Shown here piece by piece: positions 60,924 through 64,000 of a stretch of DNA of 64,000 nucleotides. The translations under genes and the position numbers were made by a program. Within the stretch, counting starts at the first letter, position 1. Each line of letters starts with the position of its first letter. The notes under the pieces are model-generated. The model was given only the letters and a program-made list of their open reading frames with translations, was not told the DNA's origin and made no database searches. Origin of the DNA: an uncultured Bdellovibrionales bacterium (lineage in GTDB: Bacteria > Patescibacteriota > Minisyncoccia > Moranbacterales > UBA1568); the NCBI GenBank assembly GCA_964436855.1, contig CAYTED010000008.1:4158-68157 (forward strand), written 5' to 3'.

Positions 60924-62114
60924 ATGCTCTTCTCCGACATTCTCAAACTTTCCCTTCGAATGTTTAAGGCGCGAACTATGCGAACCATCCTTACCGTACT
61001 CGGTATGAGTGTCGGTATCGCGGCGATTCTGTTTCTCGTGTCATTCGGTTACGGACTCCAGCGAACTCTCTTGAAAAAAATCACCACAAGCGATGCTCTC
61101 GTTACCCTCGATATCACCGTTGGAGAAGAAAACGGAGAAACAAAACTCAACCCGAAAACCGTTGAAACCTTGAAAGGAATCGACGGAGTCAACAGCGTGA
61201 TCCCCGCCCTCGAGCTTCGCGGACAATCGCATTTCGAAGGAACCGCCTACGAGGTAAGCGTCGTTTCAACCGAAGATCAGTTCATCAATCTCGACGGACT
61301 CGTCTTCTCGTATGGAAAAAATTTCTCAAACAGCGCTTGGGAAATCGCCATTTCCTCCGGTGTCGCGCAAATCTTTACCGATAAACCCGAAAGCCTCCTT
61401 GGCAAGCCGCTCGATATGACGATTTTTCTCAAAAAATCCGCCGGTTCGACGCAAGAAGAAGAGGTACACCCCGAAAAACCGTATATTATCACCGGTATCG
61501 TCCAGAGCGAAGATAATCTCGTGTATCTTCCGATTTCCACTCTGTCCGCTTTTTCTCTCCCCGACTTCACCAAACTGAAGGTCAAGTGCGTTTCCACCGA
61601 CCGTGTTGAGCCCGTCCGTTCCGCCATACAAGAACGGGGTTTCGTCGCCTCCTCCATTTCCGAAATCGTCGATCAGGCGAACAAAGTATTTAGCGTCATT
61701 CAAATCGTCCTGATGATTTTCGGTTTGATCGCGCTCATTGTTTCCGCGATCGGTATGTTTAACACGATGACCATCGCCCTTCTCGAACGAACGGAAGAAA
61801 TCGGTATTATGAAAGCGATCGGCGCGTCGAATCGCGCGATCTGGATGATGTTTATCGCCGAAGCGTCAATTATGGGATTTCTCGGCGGTCTTGGTGGTGT
61901 TCTCCTCGGATGGCTTGAGGGAGAATGTTTGAATCTTCTCGTCAATCTTATCGCCTCGCGATTCGGCGGCGAATCGGTCGATCTTTTCTATAGCCCGCTC
62001 TGGTTTGTAACCACCATCATCATTTTCGGCGCCTTTGTTGGATTGTTGACCGGTGTTTTCCCGGCACGCAAAGCCGGAAAAATCGACACGCTCGATGCGC
62101 TGCGGTACAAGTAA
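60924..62114 (+). CDS. ABC transporter permease, FtsX/MacB family
   Basis: N-terminal TM, periplasmic domain, then three C-terminal TM helices (the FtsX core, ...LLERTEEIGIMKAIGAS...). Confidence 0.75.
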   Translation: MLFSDILKLSLRMFKARTMRTILTVLGMSVGIAAILFLVSFGYGLQRTLLKKITTSDALVTLDITVGEENGETKLNPKTVETLKGIDGVNSVIPALELRGQSHFEGTAYEVSVVSTEDQFINLDGLVFSYGKNFSNSAWEIAISSGVAQIFTDKPESLLGKPLDMTIFLKKSAGSTQEEEVHPEKPYIITGIVQSEDNLVYLPISTLSAFSLPDFTKLKVKCVSTDRVEPVRSAIQERGFVASSISEIVDQANKVFSVIQIVLMIFGLIALIVSAIGMFNTMTIALLERTEEIGIMKAIGASNRAIWMMFIAEASIMGFLGGLGGVLLGWLEGECLNLLVNLIASRFGGESVDLFYSPLWFVTTIIIFGAFVGLLTGVFPARKAGKIDTLDALRYK

Positions 62115-62191
62115 CATCAAACGGATAATAGGTACGAGACACTTGATAAAAAAGAGAGAAACAAAATCCGAGGCGGATGGCCTCGGGTTTT

Positions 62192-62914
62192 TTACGTTCT
62201 CGGATCTTGTTCGCGCCACTCGATAATTTCCCCGGCCTTTCGTTCAATCGGGTGCGCGAGACGAATATATCGCCTGTTTTCTTTTGGAACAAGCGGGTAG
62301 TGCTGCGCCGAATCGAGCGCATCGGCAATTTCCCAGAGATCTTCCTCGCTTGTAATCCACCCGGTTCCGAATCGCGATACATCGACCGGCCGAGAGTAGC
62401 TCGTCAGCGTCTTCTTACCCGTATCATTCGAAAAGTATTCGTGAAAATATGAGAGCGCGAGTTCGCGAAGTGTCCGGTAAATCGGATCGCGAAACCGAAG
62501 TACGGCATGATTCGTTTTACTCACCGCACCCCAATAGCCGTTTTTTCGGTAGAGTGCCACGACATGATCGAAGTCAGAGGGATCGGACTTGAGATCAAGA
62601 AGAAGCGGCTTTTCTCCTCTTATCCAGAGCGCGGTCGCGGCAAGGAGTGCCCCCTCGATACAGTGCGCCTTCTTTTCCCGCAACACTCGCCTCGGTGAGA
62701 AGTATGTGTCTCCTTTTTTCTCGTGATTGATCGGAAGCGTATCAAGAAAATCCTGAATTTTCGCCGGAGACGAAAGCCTCTTCAGTACCCGATATTCATT
62801 TTGCGTAAGACCAAACATGATTTCCTGTAACAGTGTTTTCTTGCAGCTTTCGCACGAATCGTTGTATGTGAGGATCAAAGAGGTTTCTTTTCTTGTCGAG
62901 AATTTCTTGACCAC
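62192..62914 (-). CDS. Transglutaminase-like (papain-fold Cys/His/Asp) superfamily protein
   Basis: AHCIEGALLAATALW...DFDHVVALY resembles the Cys-His-Asp core of transglutaminase-like enzymes; low confidence. Confidence 0.35.
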   Translation of the reverse strand: MVKKFSTRKETSLILTYNDSCESCKKTLLQEIMFGLTQNEYRVLKRLSSPAKIQDFLDTLPINHEKKGDTYFSPRRVLREKKAHCIEGALLAATALWIRGEKPLLLDLKSDPSDFDHVVALYRKNGYWGAVSKTNHAVLRFRDPIYRTLRELALSYFHEYFSNDTGKKTLTSYSRPVDVSRFGTGWITSEEDLWEIADALDSAQHYPLVPKENRRYIRLAHPIERKAGEIIEWREQDPRT

Positions 62915-63207
62915 TTTCGATCCACTTCAGAGCGCTCTCCTTACGATCTCTCTCAAGATAATCGCAAGGCACAATATTTTCTACAAGCTTTCGGAGAGCA
63001 TCTCTCATACACCCAAGTATACCAGGTTCTCACTCCGACTCCAGATAACAAAAAAGAGGCTTTTAACCTCTTTTTCCATTTGCTCCGAGCGATGGAAAAA
63101 ACTCGGACCCGTTTTCAGTAGAAGTATAAAAAACCCACATCAAGTTTTAGAGATCAATGGTACCCCCCCAACAAATTACGTAACTGGTTACGTAATATAT
63201 TCTTTTA

Positions 63208-64000
63208 TTACCACTCGAAAATATCAACGATATTGTCGATCGCAGTCTTAATGCGATTTACAATGCCATGATATTCCAAGATCTTCGGTGCTCTTGGAAG
63301 CATATCAGCAATCTCTTGATTGCCAGGCAACTTCTGAGTATAGATATATTCCCCGATTAAATTCTCCAATTTCTCAACCGGAATATGCTCAGCTTCAGCA
63401 ATACCTCGCAATCCAGAAGACCGCTCACTTTCCCAGAACTCACCAAAAGCCCTTTCCACATCTTCCGACCTCGCAATTTTCGGCAGATTTTCTTCAATAA
63501 ATTTCCGAATAAGATCCTTCTTCTTGCGGAGCTTCACATCACGATCAAATACCCGCAAAATTTCTTCTGTTTTCTTTTCACGCAGAGCAGCAGAACGAAT
63601 ATTCTTGAGCCCAGCAATCAGCATGATGATATAGTCATAATCAATCACGTCTCGCACGGTAAGCTCCAGCTCGAAATCAATCTGATCCAAAATCGACTCC
63701 ATATCTCCCTCTCCGTTTTTCCGTCCTTCATAAATATCGAGGTACTTACTCTGATAGTCATAGAATTCCTGCTCTGAAATTCCCAACTGATCAAAAGAAA
63801 AATCAGCAAAGGTTTCAAGTGACGACTTCATGCGAAGCAAATCTCGGAATGTTTTCACAAACTGAGCCTTTTCTTCTTCGCTCCGCAAATCATTCACCGC
63901 CACAACATCCGGCACTTGTGCGCGCAACTCTCCAAGTTTTACTTCAAACTCTTTCTTCTGCTCTTCGTAGGGCTTTTTGAATACCACTTCCTTCGCATTC
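63208..64000 (-). CDS. hsdR: Partial CDS: C-terminal region of a probable type I restriction enzyme R subunit (N-terminus beyond window end)
   Basis: Reading frame open to position 64000. Helical C-terminal region with EFYDYQSKYLDIY...DYDYIIMLIAG...LIRKFIEENLPKI resembles HsdR C-terminal domains; not verifiable without a database. Confidence 0.4.
   Translation of the reverse strand, partial: NAKEVVFKKPYEEQKKEFEVKLGELRAQVPDVVAVNDLRSEEEKAQFVKTFRDLLRMKSSLETFADFSFDQLGISEQEFYDYQSKYLDIYEGRKNGEGDMESILDQIDFELELTVRDVIDYDYIIMLIAGLKNIRSAALREKKTEEILRVFDRDVKLRKKKDLIRKFIEENLPKIARSEDVERAFGEFWESERSSGLRGIAEAEHIPVEKLENLIGEYIYTQKLPGNQEIADMLPRAPKILEYHGIVNRIKTAIDNIVDIFEW

Overview
This 64 kb window is gene-dense (about 65 CDSs, mostly on the minus strand) and looks like a compact, low-complexity bacterial genome. 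The gene content (23S-IVS-type four-helix-bundle proteins, a DGR, a minimal SufD, many small membrane proteins) is compatible with a Patescibacteria/CPR-like organism, but that is inference only. No rRNA, tRNA or CRISPR array was found. Housekeeping backbone: rpoB-rpoC, rpsF-ssb-rpsR, efp, gyrB, rplY, lgt, recA, rodZ-like, ftsK, an FtsE/FtsX-like ABC pair, mutY, mnmA, dus. There is a complete Rrf2-regulated suf operon (sufC-sufB-sufD-sufS-sufU-fdx-sufT) with a textbook sigma70 promoter and an IscR-like palindrome. korB and korA (2-oxoacid:ferredoxin oxidoreductase) are split by an inserted four-helix-bundle (Avd/IVS-family) gene bracketed by 23-bp inverted repeats. There is also a thiol-disulfide oxidoreductase / cell-wall hydrolase cluster (DsbA-like, CcdA/DsbD-like, Trx-like, two tandem GH73-like paralogs). 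The standout locus is a roughly 7 kb island at 19837-26808, lying between xseA and xseB. It carries a complete diversity-generating retroelement: reverse transcriptase, Avd-like gene, template repeat and variable repeat. The repeats differ at 15 positions, all at template adenines. The diversified target is the C-terminal lectin-fold of a signal-peptide-less MoxR/CbbQ-like AAA+ ATPase. Immediately upstream are an AbiEii-type toxin module and a metallopeptidase(HExxH)-vWA partner protein. Together this reads as a candidate intracellular, DGR-diversified vWA-MoxR sensing/defence system. The right edge carries the C-terminal part of a probable type I restriction R subunit.
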